Assembly (NCBI GenBank): GCA_031406795.1
Contig: JANOHV010000224.1
Span: 1 to 51,564 of the forward strand
Direction: 5' to 3'
DNA length: 51,564 bases
DNA from: Candidatus Rokuibacteriota bacterium
Lineage (GTDB): Bacteria; JAUVQV01; DATDCY01
In this document: in pieces, positions 8,799 through 16,888 of the stretch
Position numbering within the stretch: the first letter of the stretch is position 1
Layout of the letters: the number at the start of each line of letters is the position of its first letter
The notes under the pieces: model-generated
Databases searched by the model: none
What the model was told of the DNA's origin: nothing
The model's input: the letters and a program-made list of their open reading frames with translations, nothing else
Translations under genes and position numbers: made by a program

Positions 8799-10910
8799 CT
8801 GACGACAAAGAAGCCGAAGCCGACCCCGGCCGCCGAGTTGCGCCGCCTGGCGCGGTACACGGACCTCTACGATTTCGCACCGGTGGCGTACTTCACGCTG
8901 ACCCGGGAGGGGCAGATTGTGGAGACGAACCTCGCTGGCGCAGCCCTGCTGGGGACCGACCGTCGCCAACTGCTCCGGCGCGGGCTGAGCGGATTTGTCG
9001 CCCCACCGGAGCTGGGCCGGTGGAACCGGCATCTCGCGAGCGTGGCGCAATCGTCAGAGCGGCAGAGTTGCGAATTGCCGTTCCGTCGAAAGGACGGTTC
9101 CACGTTCTATGCCCGGCTCGACTCCATCCGGTTGGACCGGCAGGAGCCGGAGATCCGGGACGGCAGTCCGCTGCCGGCGTTGCGGGTGGCGATGAGCGAC
9201 ACCACCGAGCGCATGGAGGCGCAACGTCGCCAACAGCTTCTGGTTGAAATACTGGGCGCCCTGAACGAATCGGGGGCCTTCGGCGAGGCGGTCGCTCGCA
9301 TCCTGGCCGCGATCCAGCGGGAGACCGGTCTGGACGCGGTCGGCATTCGCCTGCAGAGCGGCGACGATTTCCCGTATTTTGCGCAGAGCGGCTTCTCCCC
9401 GGAATTTCTGCTCGCGGAGAATACGCTGGCCGTTCGCTCCCGGGACGGCGGCGTTTGCAGGGATCAGGCCGGGAACGTCAACCTGGAATGCACCTGCGGC
9501 CTGGTGCTTTCCGGGAAGACCGATCCGACGAATGACCTCTTTACGCCGGGCGGAAGTTGTTGGACCAACGACTCGTCATTTCTGCTGGACCTTCAACCCG
9601 CCCGGGATCCGAGACTGCACCCGCGGAACCGCTGCGTTCACGAAGGCTTCCGCTCCGTGGCGCTGATTCCCATCCGCGCGAACCGGGAGATCGTCGGCCT
9701 GCTGCAGCTGAACGACCGCAGAAAAGATTGTTTTACCCTCGAGACAGTCCGTTACTTCGAGGGGCTCAGCGCAAGCATCGGCGTGGCGCTGGTGCGCAAA
9801 CGGGGGCAGGAGGCGCTGTGCGCCAGCGAGGCGCGGTATCGTTCCTTGATCGAGGTCACCGGCCAACTGGGTTGGCGGACCGATGCCGCCGGCGAGGTAA
9901 CGGAAGACCTGCCGTCCTGGCGGAGGTTCACCGGCCAGACGGCGCGCGAGATTCAGGGGTCGGGGTGGGCGCAGGCCCTCCACCCCGACGACGTGCCGCG
10001 GGCCGTCGCGGGTTGGCGAAAAGCCGTCGCCGGCCTGGAGCACTACGAGATCGATTATCGCGTCCGCCGCCACGACGGGGTGTACCGGCATTTCCTGGCC
10101 CGCGGCATGCCGGTTCTGCGGGATGACGGGACGGTCCTGGAATGGGTCGGCATCTGTATCGACATCACCGACCGCAAGCAGGCCGAGGAGACCCTGCACC
10201 GGATGGCGGGGGAACTCGAGCGATCGAACAAAGACCTGGAGCAGTTCGCGACCGTGGTCTCGCACGACCTCCAGGAGCCGCTGCGAGCGGTCGCCGGCTA
10301 CTCGAGCCTGCTGCAAACCAGGTACCGCGGCCGGCTCGACGACCAGGCGGACAGGTTTCTCGCGGGAGCCGCCAGCGGTGCGGTGCGGATGCAGCGGCTG
10401 ATCGACGATTTGCTGGCCTACTCCCGCCTCGGTTCGAGAGGGGGGACGCTGCAGCCGGCGCCGGCCGGGGACGCGCTGGCCGCCGCCCTCGCCAACCTCG
10501 CTACCGCGGTCGCCGAGTCCGGCGCCGTCGTGACGAGTGATCCGCTGCCGACGGTCTTCGCGGACCGCGCGCAGCTCGCGCAGCTGTTTCAGAACCTGGT
10601 CGGTAACGCCATCAAGTTCCGCGGTGACGCCGGCTCGCGGATCCGGGTGGCCGCGGTGCGGCAGCAGCAGAACTGGCTCTTTTCTGTCGAGGACAACGGC
10701 ATCGGCATCGACCCGGCCGGCCAGAAACGCATCTTCGCCATCTTCCAGCGCCTGCACCCGCAGGCGAAGTACCCGGGAACCGGCATCGGGCTGCCGATCT
10801 GCAAGCGCATCGTCGAGCGACACGGCGGGCGGACCTGGGTCGAGTCCCGGCCGGGTCTCGGCGCGACGTTCTTCTTCACGCTGCCTGTCCACGAGGGGCT
10901 GCAGGAGTGA
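8799..10910 (+). CDS. PAS-GAF-PAS sensor histidine kinase (start uncertain: CTG 8799 or TTG 8838)
   Basis: YDFAPVAYFTL PAS; ALHPDD PAS; H-box SHDLQEPL; N-box QNLVGNAIKF; G boxes DNGIGI and GTGIGLPIC. Confidence 0.85.
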   Translation: MTTKKPKPTPAAELRRLARYTDLYDFAPVAYFTLTREGQIVETNLAGAALLGTDRRQLLRRGLSGFVAPPELGRWNRHLASVAQSSERQSCELPFRRKDGSTFYARLDSIRLDRQEPEIRDGSPLPALRVAMSDTTERMEAQRRQQLLVEILGALNESGAFGEAVARILAAIQRETGLDAVGIRLQSGDDFPYFAQSGFSPEFLLAENTLAVRSRDGGVCRDQAGNVNLECTCGLVLSGKTDPTNDLFTPGGSCWTNDSSFLLDLQPARDPRLHPRNRCVHEGFRSVALIPIRANREIVGLLQLNDRRKDCFTLETVRYFEGLSASIGVALVRKRGQEALCASEARYRSLIEVTGQLGWRTDAAGEVTEDLPSWRRFTGQTAREIQGSGWAQALHPDDVPRAVAGWRKAVAGLEHYEIDYRVRRHDGVYRHFLARGMPVLRDDGTVLEWVGICIDITDRKQAEETLHRMAGELERSNKDLEQFATVVSHDLQEPLRAVAGYSSLLQTRYRGRLDDQADRFLAGAASGAVRMQRLIDDLLAYSRLGSRGGTLQPAPAGDALAAALANLATAVAESGAVVTSDPLPTVFADRAQLAQLFQNLVGNAIKFRGDAGSRIRVAAVRQQQNWLFSVEDNGIGIDPAGQKRIFAIFQRLHPQAKYPGTGIGLPICKRIVERHGGRTWVESRPGLGATFFFTLPVHEGLQE

Positions 10911-12106
10911 GCGGGCTGCGGAGCGACCCGTTCAGGATGCTGCTGGTCGAGGACAGCCCGTCGGATGCCGAGCTGCTCCAGGCCCATCTATCCGGGGCGG
11001 TCCCCGAACGCCATACGGTGGTCTGCGCCGCCACGCTGGGCGAGGCAATCGCGCGGGCGCGGGCAGAGCCGTTCGACGTGGTCCTGCTCGATCTGTCGCT
11101 TCCCGACTGCACCGGTCAGGAGACGGTTGTCCGCGCCCGGGCCGCGTGGCCCGAGCTCCCGATCGTCGTGCTGACGGGGGCGAACGACGAGGCGATGGGA
11201 TTCGAAGCGATACGGCACGGCGTCCAGGACTTCCTGGTCAAAGGACAGGCGGGGGGACAGCTGATCGCCCGGGCGCTGCACTACGCGATCGAGCGCAAGC
11301 GCTCGGAGACCAAGATCCTGCGGATGAACCGGGAGCTGGAGCTGCGGGTCGCGGAGCGAACGGCGCAACTGCGCCAGCTGGCGCTCGAGCTCACCCTCGT
11401 CGAGCAGCGCGAGCGCAGACGGATCGCGAGTCTCCTGCATGACAACCTGCAGCAGCTGCTGGTCTTCTCGCACCTGAGCGTCGGCAGCGCGCAGGCGAAC
11501 GCCACGGACCCCGATTTGAAGGGCAACCTGGAGCGCGTCGAGCGGACGCTTGCCGACTCGATCGAGGTTGCCCGCTCCCTGGCGGCGGAGCTCAGCCCGC
11601 CGGCGCTTTACTCGCACGGGTTGGCGGCGGCGGTGCGCTGGTTCGCCGGCAGCCTGCGCGCGATGACCGGGCTGAACGTCGCCGTCACGGCGTAGGCGGC
11701 TGCGGAGCCGGCGCAGGAGAGTTTCCGCGCGCTGCTCTTCCAGTCGATACGGGAGCTGCTGACGAACGTCGTCAAGCATGCCGGGGTCACCGAGGCGGGG
11801 GTGGCAATCAGCCGGCGTGCGGGAGACACCATCGAGATTTCGGTCAGCGACCAGGGTCGGGGTTTCGATCTCGCCGACCGGAGCTGCGGGGAAATCTCGT
11901 ACTCCTTCGGCCTCTTCAGCATCAGGGAGCGACTGCATCAGATGGGCGGCCGGTACGAAATCCAGAGCCGGCCGGGCTGCGGCACGACGGTCACGCTGAG
12001 CATCCCGGGCTGCCTGCCCCCGGCCGGGCTCGAGGAGCGGGAGGAAGTTCAGTCGCCTGCTGCCGGCGCGGGCCGCGGGAGCGTGAAGCAGAAGCACGCG
12101 CCCTGA
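10907..12106 (+). pseudogene. REC + HisKA_3/HATPase (NarX-like) hybrid kinase interrupted by in-frame TAG at 11693-11695
   Basis: REC (LLVEDS, LLDLSLPD); ERRRIASLLHDNLQQ H-box; after TAG the same frame continues ...ELLTNVVKHAG...DQGRGF...GLFSIRERL...GTTVTL to TGA at 12106. Confidence 0.75.
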
Positions 12107-13341
12107 TCATCGCCGCTCTCCGCCCAGACCCGGCCGCCATGCTTCTCGACGATTCTCTTGACGACCGCCAGGCCGACGCCGGTGCCGGGAAACTCGCGCG
12201 GGTCATGCAGCCGCCGGAAGATCTCGAACAACTGGTCGTGAAAGCGCATGTCGAAGCCGATCCCGTTGTCCCGGACGCAGTAGCTCGTTGCGTTCGGCTC
12301 CTCACGGCCGCTCACTTCGATCGCCGCCGACGCACAGGCCTTGGTGAACTTCACGGCGTTCGCGAGCAGGTTGACGAGAACCAGACGGATCATCGCCGGG
12401 TCACCGAATGCCGCGGGCAGCGGCGAGATCTCCAGATTGACCTGCCGCTCGCCGATGTGGGGGTGCACCTCGGCGTACGCTTCGCGAACCACGGCCTCCA
12501 TGTCCATGGCGACCCGGTTCGGTGTGGCTTTCGAAGCCCGGAAGAACCCGAACAGGTCGTCGAGGAGGAAATTCATCCGATCGGTGGCCGCGCCCACCCG
12601 TTGCAGCTGATCGAGATCGGCGGCGTCGAGCTTGTCCGCGCAGCTCTTCTCGAGGCGTCTGGTGAAACCGCCGATGATCACGAGCGGCGAGCGCAGATCG
12701 TGGGTGGCGGAAGCGATGAAGCTCTCCAGGTCCCGGTTGGCGACCCGGAGCTGATCGTTGCGTTCCGCAAGCTCGGCGGTGCGGCGGTGCACCAGTTCCT
12801 CGAGGTGCTCCTGGTAGCGCCGCAGCTGCTCCTGGGCCTCGCGCCGCTGTGCCCGTGAGAGCCTCTCGGCAAGCGCTCGACGAACGGCGGGTGCGAGCCG
12901 CGAGGAGAGGCTCTGCTTGAGGATGTAGTCGGTGACGCCGAGCTTGAGCGTGTCGATCGCGTACTCCTCGCCCAGTTTGCCGGTGAGAATGAGGAAGGGG
13001 ACCTCCGGGCAGACCGCCCGGGCGTTCGCGAATGCCGTAATGCCGTCGAACCCCGGAAGCTGGTAGTCGGCGATGATCAGGTCGATTTCACCCGCGTGCA
13101 GGGCCGCGAGGAAATCCTGCTGCGTCTCGACGCGCCGCACGACGCAGTCGATGCCCTCCACGGCCAGGTGTTCCCGCGTCAGAACCGCATCCGAGGGGCT
13201 GTCCTCGAGGTGGAGGATCCGCAACGGCCGGCTCGCACCCGGTTCCCCCGGCAGTTGGACCGCGGGCTTTTGCGCCTGGTCCGCACCGTGCGGCGCAGGC
13301 GCGCAACCGACACAGGCGGCGACCGAACCCGAATGACTCAT
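12049..13341 (-). CDS. Hybrid response regulator / sensor histidine kinase (REC-HisKA-HATPase)
   Basis: LRILHLEDS, DYQLPGFDG; THDLRSPL; NLLANAVKF; DNGIGF; GTGVGLA. Start codon approximate. Confidence 0.85.
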   Translation of the reverse strand: MSHSGSVAACVGCAPAPHGADQAQKPAVQLPGEPGASRPLRILHLEDSPSDAVLTREHLAVEGIDCVVRRVETQQDFLAALHAGEIDLIIADYQLPGFDGITAFANARAVCPEVPFLILTGKLGEEYAIDTLKLGVTDYILKQSLSSRLAPAVRRALAERLSRAQRREAQEQLRRYQEHLEELVHRRTAELAERNDQLRVANRDLESFIASATHDLRSPLVIIGGFTRRLEKSCADKLDAADLDQLQRVGAATDRMNFLLDDLFGFFRASKATPNRVAMDMEAVVREAYAEVHPHIGERQVNLEISPLPAAFGDPAMIRLVLVNLLANAVKFTKACASAAIEVSGREEPNATSYCVRDNGIGFDMRFHDQLFEIFRRLHDPREFPGTGVGLAVVKRIVEKHGGRVWAESGDDQGACFCFTLPRPAPAAGD

Positions 13342-13394
13342 AGACGCAAGGTAGGGAAACTCGCGGGTACGGTCAATGGCGGAAAGCGGGTATA

Positions 13395-14057
13395 TCAGGT
13401 GGCGATCAGCCCTCGTTTCGCGGCGTAGGCGGTCACGCCCGAGACGCTGTGCAGATCGAGCTTGCGCATCAGATTGCCCCGGTGTTTCTCGACCGTGCTC
13501 TGGCTGATGCACAGCTGATCGGCGATCTCACGGCTCTTGTACCCCTCGGCGATCAACTTCAGCACCTCGCGCTCGCGGGTCGTGAGCGTGTCCCAGGCGG
13601 TGACCTCCGGGGGCCGGGCCTGCTCGAGGTAGCCGTCGATGTCCGGCCTGGTCATCCGGGGGCTGATATAGCGCTGGCCGGCCAGGACGGCGCGAACGGC
13701 CGAGAGCAATTCGCCGTGCGAGGCGGTCTTGAGCACGTAGCCGGCGGCCCCGGCCCGCAACGCGTCGCGCACGTGCTCCTCGGTGTCGTGCATCGTCAGT
13801 GCGATGGCCTTGGTTTTCGGGTGCTGCCGGGTGATCTCCCGGAGTGCCTCCAGCCCGGTCATCTTCGGCATCGAGAGGTCCATGATGACCAGGTCCGGCT
13901 GGAGTCTTCGCGCCTGAGCGATGGCCTCCAGGCCATCGCCCGCCTCGCCCACGACCTCGAACTGGGGGTCGGCGACGAGCAGGGAGCGCAGCCCCTCGCG
14001 CAGCAGCGTATGGTCCTCGACCAGCAGGATGCGGTACTTTCCGCGACCGGCGCTCAC
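13395..14057 (-). CDS. NarL/LuxR-family DNA-binding response regulator
   Basis: ILLVEDHTLLREGL; MDLSMP; LTTREREVLKLIAEG...EIADQLCIS..TVEKHRGNLMRKL. Confidence 0.92.
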   Translation of the reverse strand: MSAGRGKYRILLVEDHTLLREGLRSLLVADPQFEVVGEAGDGLEAIAQARRLQPDLVIMDLSMPKMTGLEALREITRQHPKTKAIALTMHDTEEHVRDALRAGAAGYVLKTASHGELLSAVRAVLAGQRYISPRMTRPDIDGYLEQARPPEVTAWDTLTTREREVLKLIAEGYKSREIADQLCISQSTVEKHRGNLMRKLDLHSVSGVTAYAAKRGLIAT

Positions 14058-14156
14058 GCTCCCCCCCGCAATCGTTCCTGGACGGTACCCGGCCCGTACG
14101 GGGCGGCACCGATCATCACGCTGAAGCCGCCGCTCGTCAAGCCGGATCTTGATGCC

Positions 14157-16610
14157 TTACTCACGGGAGTTCTCTGTCCCATCCCGCAGCGCGAAGCAGA
14201 TAGTCGATCCTTCCCCGAGCACCGACTCCACCCAGATCCGGCCGCCGTGCCGCTCGACGATCTTCTTGCAGATTGCCAGGCCGATGCCCGTGCCGGGGTA
14301 TTTCCCCCGCGAGTGCAGTCGCTGGAAGACGAGGAAGATCCGGTCGAACTGTTTCGCAGGGATGCCGATGCCGTTGTCCCTGACGGACAGCACCCACCGG
14401 CTGCCCTCGCGGCACGCGCCGACATGGATCTCGCAGCGTCGGCCCGCGCAGCGGAACTTGACGGCGTTGCCGATGAGGTTCTGGAACAGCAGAACCAACT
14501 GCAGGCTGTCCATCCAGACACTCGGCAGATCGTCGTGCGAGATGATCGCACCGGTCTCCGCGATGCTTGAGCGCAGATTGTCCAGCGCGCTGTTCAGCGC
14601 GCCCTGGGCACTGGTGCAGACCGGCTTCGGGTCCTGACGGTCGACTCGACTGTAGGCGAGCAGATCGTCGATAAGCGCGGACATCCGCCGGGCCCCGTCC
14701 ACTGCGTGGAGGATCCACGTGTCGGCTTTGGCGTCGAGCTGGCCCTGGTAGCGGCTTTTCAGCAGCTCGAGAAAGCCCGTCACCGCGCGCAGGGGCTCCT
14801 GCATGTCGTGGCTCGCGACGTAGGCGAACTGCTCCAGGTCCTGATTGGAGCGGGAGAGCTCCTTGACCATGCGACGCATGCGCTTGGCCACCCGCATTCG
14901 CGTCACGGCCATCGCCACGAGGTCGGTCACGACCTTCATCATCGAGAGTTCGCCGTCCGTGAAGCTCTCGCGGTCCCGGGCGCCGAAGGAGAGTGTCCCG
15001 AGGACCCCGCCCTCGGGACCGAGCATCGGGTGGCTGGCGAAGGCCTTGAGGCCGCAGGCCTTCGCCAGCCTGGTCTGGACATCGGGCGCGGACGGAAGAT
15101 CTTCCGCGACGGCGCGGCGCGCTTGCTCCTCGGCGGTCCCCGTGCAGACATTCAGGCGCAATTTCCCCGTCTCCTCGTCCACGAGAAAGTTGAAGAAGGC
15201 GTGGCAATGCAGGTACTGGGTCACCCGGCGGCAGATCCGCTCGATGGTCTCCCGGATTTCCGGGGCCTGGAGCAACTCCCCGCCGATCTGCGCCAGCAAT
15301 TCGAAGCGCTGCAGGCTCTGCTGCAATGCCGCCTGCGCCTCTCTGCGCTCGGTGATGTCGTGAACCATCCCGATCGATCGGATGATCCGGCCCGAGTCGT
15401 CCCGGAAATGCTCGCATTTCTCGTGGACGAAACGCACCTCGCCGGAGGGTCGTCGCACGATGCGGTGTTCGATCTCGTAAGAGTCCGTCCCCGCGCGCAC
15501 GGAATCCGCGTAGGCGGCGTCGACGGCTGCGCGATCCTCGGGGTGGACGGCCTCGAGAAAGGCTTCGTAGGTGGCGCCGAATTGCTGCGGCTCCAGACCG
15601 AAGATCCGGTAGACCTCGTCCGACCAGGTGAGGACCTTGCCGAGCAGGTCGAGTTCCCAGCTCCCGAGATGGGCGATCGCCTGCGCCTGCTCCAGGCGCT
15701 TTTCGCTCCGGCTCAAGGCCCGCTCGGCCCGCAGCCGTTGCAGGGCCTCCACGACGGCGGGAGCCAGCGCCTCCACGGACTGCAACTCCCCCGCGCCGTA
15801 GCCTCCCTCCCGGTTGGCCAGCGCGATCATGCCGATGGTCCTGCCGTCGCGGAACAGCGGCACGCCGAGGAACGAGGCGAGCGCGGGATGCCCCGCGGGC
15901 GTGCCGACGCTGTCGGGGTGGGAGGGCGGGTCGTTGGTGAAGAAGGACCGCCCTTCGAGCAGGACCCGGCCGTAGACGCCGTGCAGCTTGAAATTTCCCG
16001 GCGGCCGGCGCCGTCCGGTCTGGTCGTACATCGCGCAGGACTCCCATCCGGGGTCGCTGATAGCGATGCTGTGCAGCAACCCGTCGGATCCGATCTCGCC
16101 GATGAAACCGAACCTGCTCCCGGTCAGCTGTTTGGCGACTTCGAGACATGCGCGGCCCAGCTCCTCCTCTGTTGCGCGCCCGAGCGCCGACCGGAAGATC
16201 GTGTTGATGCCGTTCAGCACGGCGTTCTTCCGCCTGACGTCCTCCTCGCCCCGCTGGCGCGCCGTGACATCCCGGCCGTAGATGCGAATCAGCCCGGTCT
16301 CCTCGATGTGGGAAAGCGCCTGTTCATACGTCGCTCCCCCGAGCGTAACTTCCCGCTGAATCTGCTGGGCGCCCGTTCGGATGATCTGCTCCACCGCCGC
16401 GGGCAGGCCGGCCAGCCAGGGGTGCGCCCGGCCGCGCTCGGCCAGATCCGGAAAAAGGGCCCGTGCGGCCGGGTTCTGGTAAGCGAGCCGACCCTCCGGG
16501 TCCGTCTCGATGACGGGGTTCGGATCGCGTTCGGGAAAGGAGGCGAGTCGCAGCAGGTCCACCTCGGCGGCTTCGAGTCGCTCGGCGACGCTTCTATTCG
16601 TCTTGTGCAT
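14157..16610 (-). CDS. PAS-GAF-PAS-GAF sensor histidine kinase
   Basis: LASFPERDPNPV; AHLGSWE..WSDEVYRIFG; SHDMQEPL; NLIGNAVKF; GTGIGLAICKKIVERHGG. Start placed at MHKTN. Confidence 0.88.
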   Translation of the reverse strand: MHKTNRSVAERLEAAEVDLLRLASFPERDPNPVIETDPEGRLAYQNPAARALFPDLAERGRAHPWLAGLPAAVEQIIRTGAQQIQREVTLGGATYEQALSHIEETGLIRIYGRDVTARQRGEEDVRRKNAVLNGINTIFRSALGRATEEELGRACLEVAKQLTGSRFGFIGEIGSDGLLHSIAISDPGWESCAMYDQTGRRRPPGNFKLHGVYGRVLLEGRSFFTNDPPSHPDSVGTPAGHPALASFLGVPLFRDGRTIGMIALANREGGYGAGELQSVEALAPAVVEALQRLRAERALSRSEKRLEQAQAIAHLGSWELDLLGKVLTWSDEVYRIFGLEPQQFGATYEAFLEAVHPEDRAAVDAAYADSVRAGTDSYEIEHRIVRRPSGEVRFVHEKCEHFRDDSGRIIRSIGMVHDITERREAQAALQQSLQRFELLAQIGGELLQAPEIRETIERICRRVTQYLHCHAFFNFLVDEETGKLRLNVCTGTAEEQARRAVAEDLPSAPDVQTRLAKACGLKAFASHPMLGPEGGVLGTLSFGARDRESFTDGELSMMKVVTDLVAMAVTRMRVAKRMRRMVKELSRSNQDLEQFAYVASHDMQEPLRAVTGFLELLKSRYQGQLDAKADTWILHAVDGARRMSALIDDLLAYSRVDRQDPKPVCTSAQGALNSALDNLRSSIAETGAIISHDDLPSVWMDSLQLVLLFQNLIGNAVKFRCAGRRCEIHVGACREGSRWVLSVRDNGIGIPAKQFDRIFLVFQRLHSRGKYPGTGIGLAICKKIVERHGGRIWVESVLGEGSTICFALRDGTENSRE

Positions 16611-16807
16611 GGACCCCGCTCCTGTTCGGGCTGCAGCGCCGGCCGCCGTCAGATCCGCGCGGCAGGGCGTCCGGCTCGGCGACAATAGCCGATACCCGCG
16701 ATGACCGCCCCGCGGACCGCTCCCTCCGGCGGTGCACTTTACCGCACTTCTGCCCGGGTGAGAACCCTGGTCGCCGAACGACTGCGGCAATTATCGGGGG
16801 GACGCTC

Positions 16808-16849
16808 AAAACGAAAAACGAGGGGCCGGGGGAATCCCCGGCCCCTCGT
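16808..16849 (-). terminator. Rho-independent terminator of the 21110-16889 operon
   Basis: 14-bp stem ACGAGGGGCCGGGG / CCCCGGCCCCTCGT with a 4-nt loop, followed on the minus strand by TTTTCGTTTT. Confidence 0.8.
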
Positions 16850-16888
16850 CGCGATCACCCCGAGCAGACTCGAGGCGCTTGCTTCAGG

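Noticed and set aside
11693-11695. Genome-wide TAG reassignment
   Set aside because: TAG terminates several intact genes in the window.
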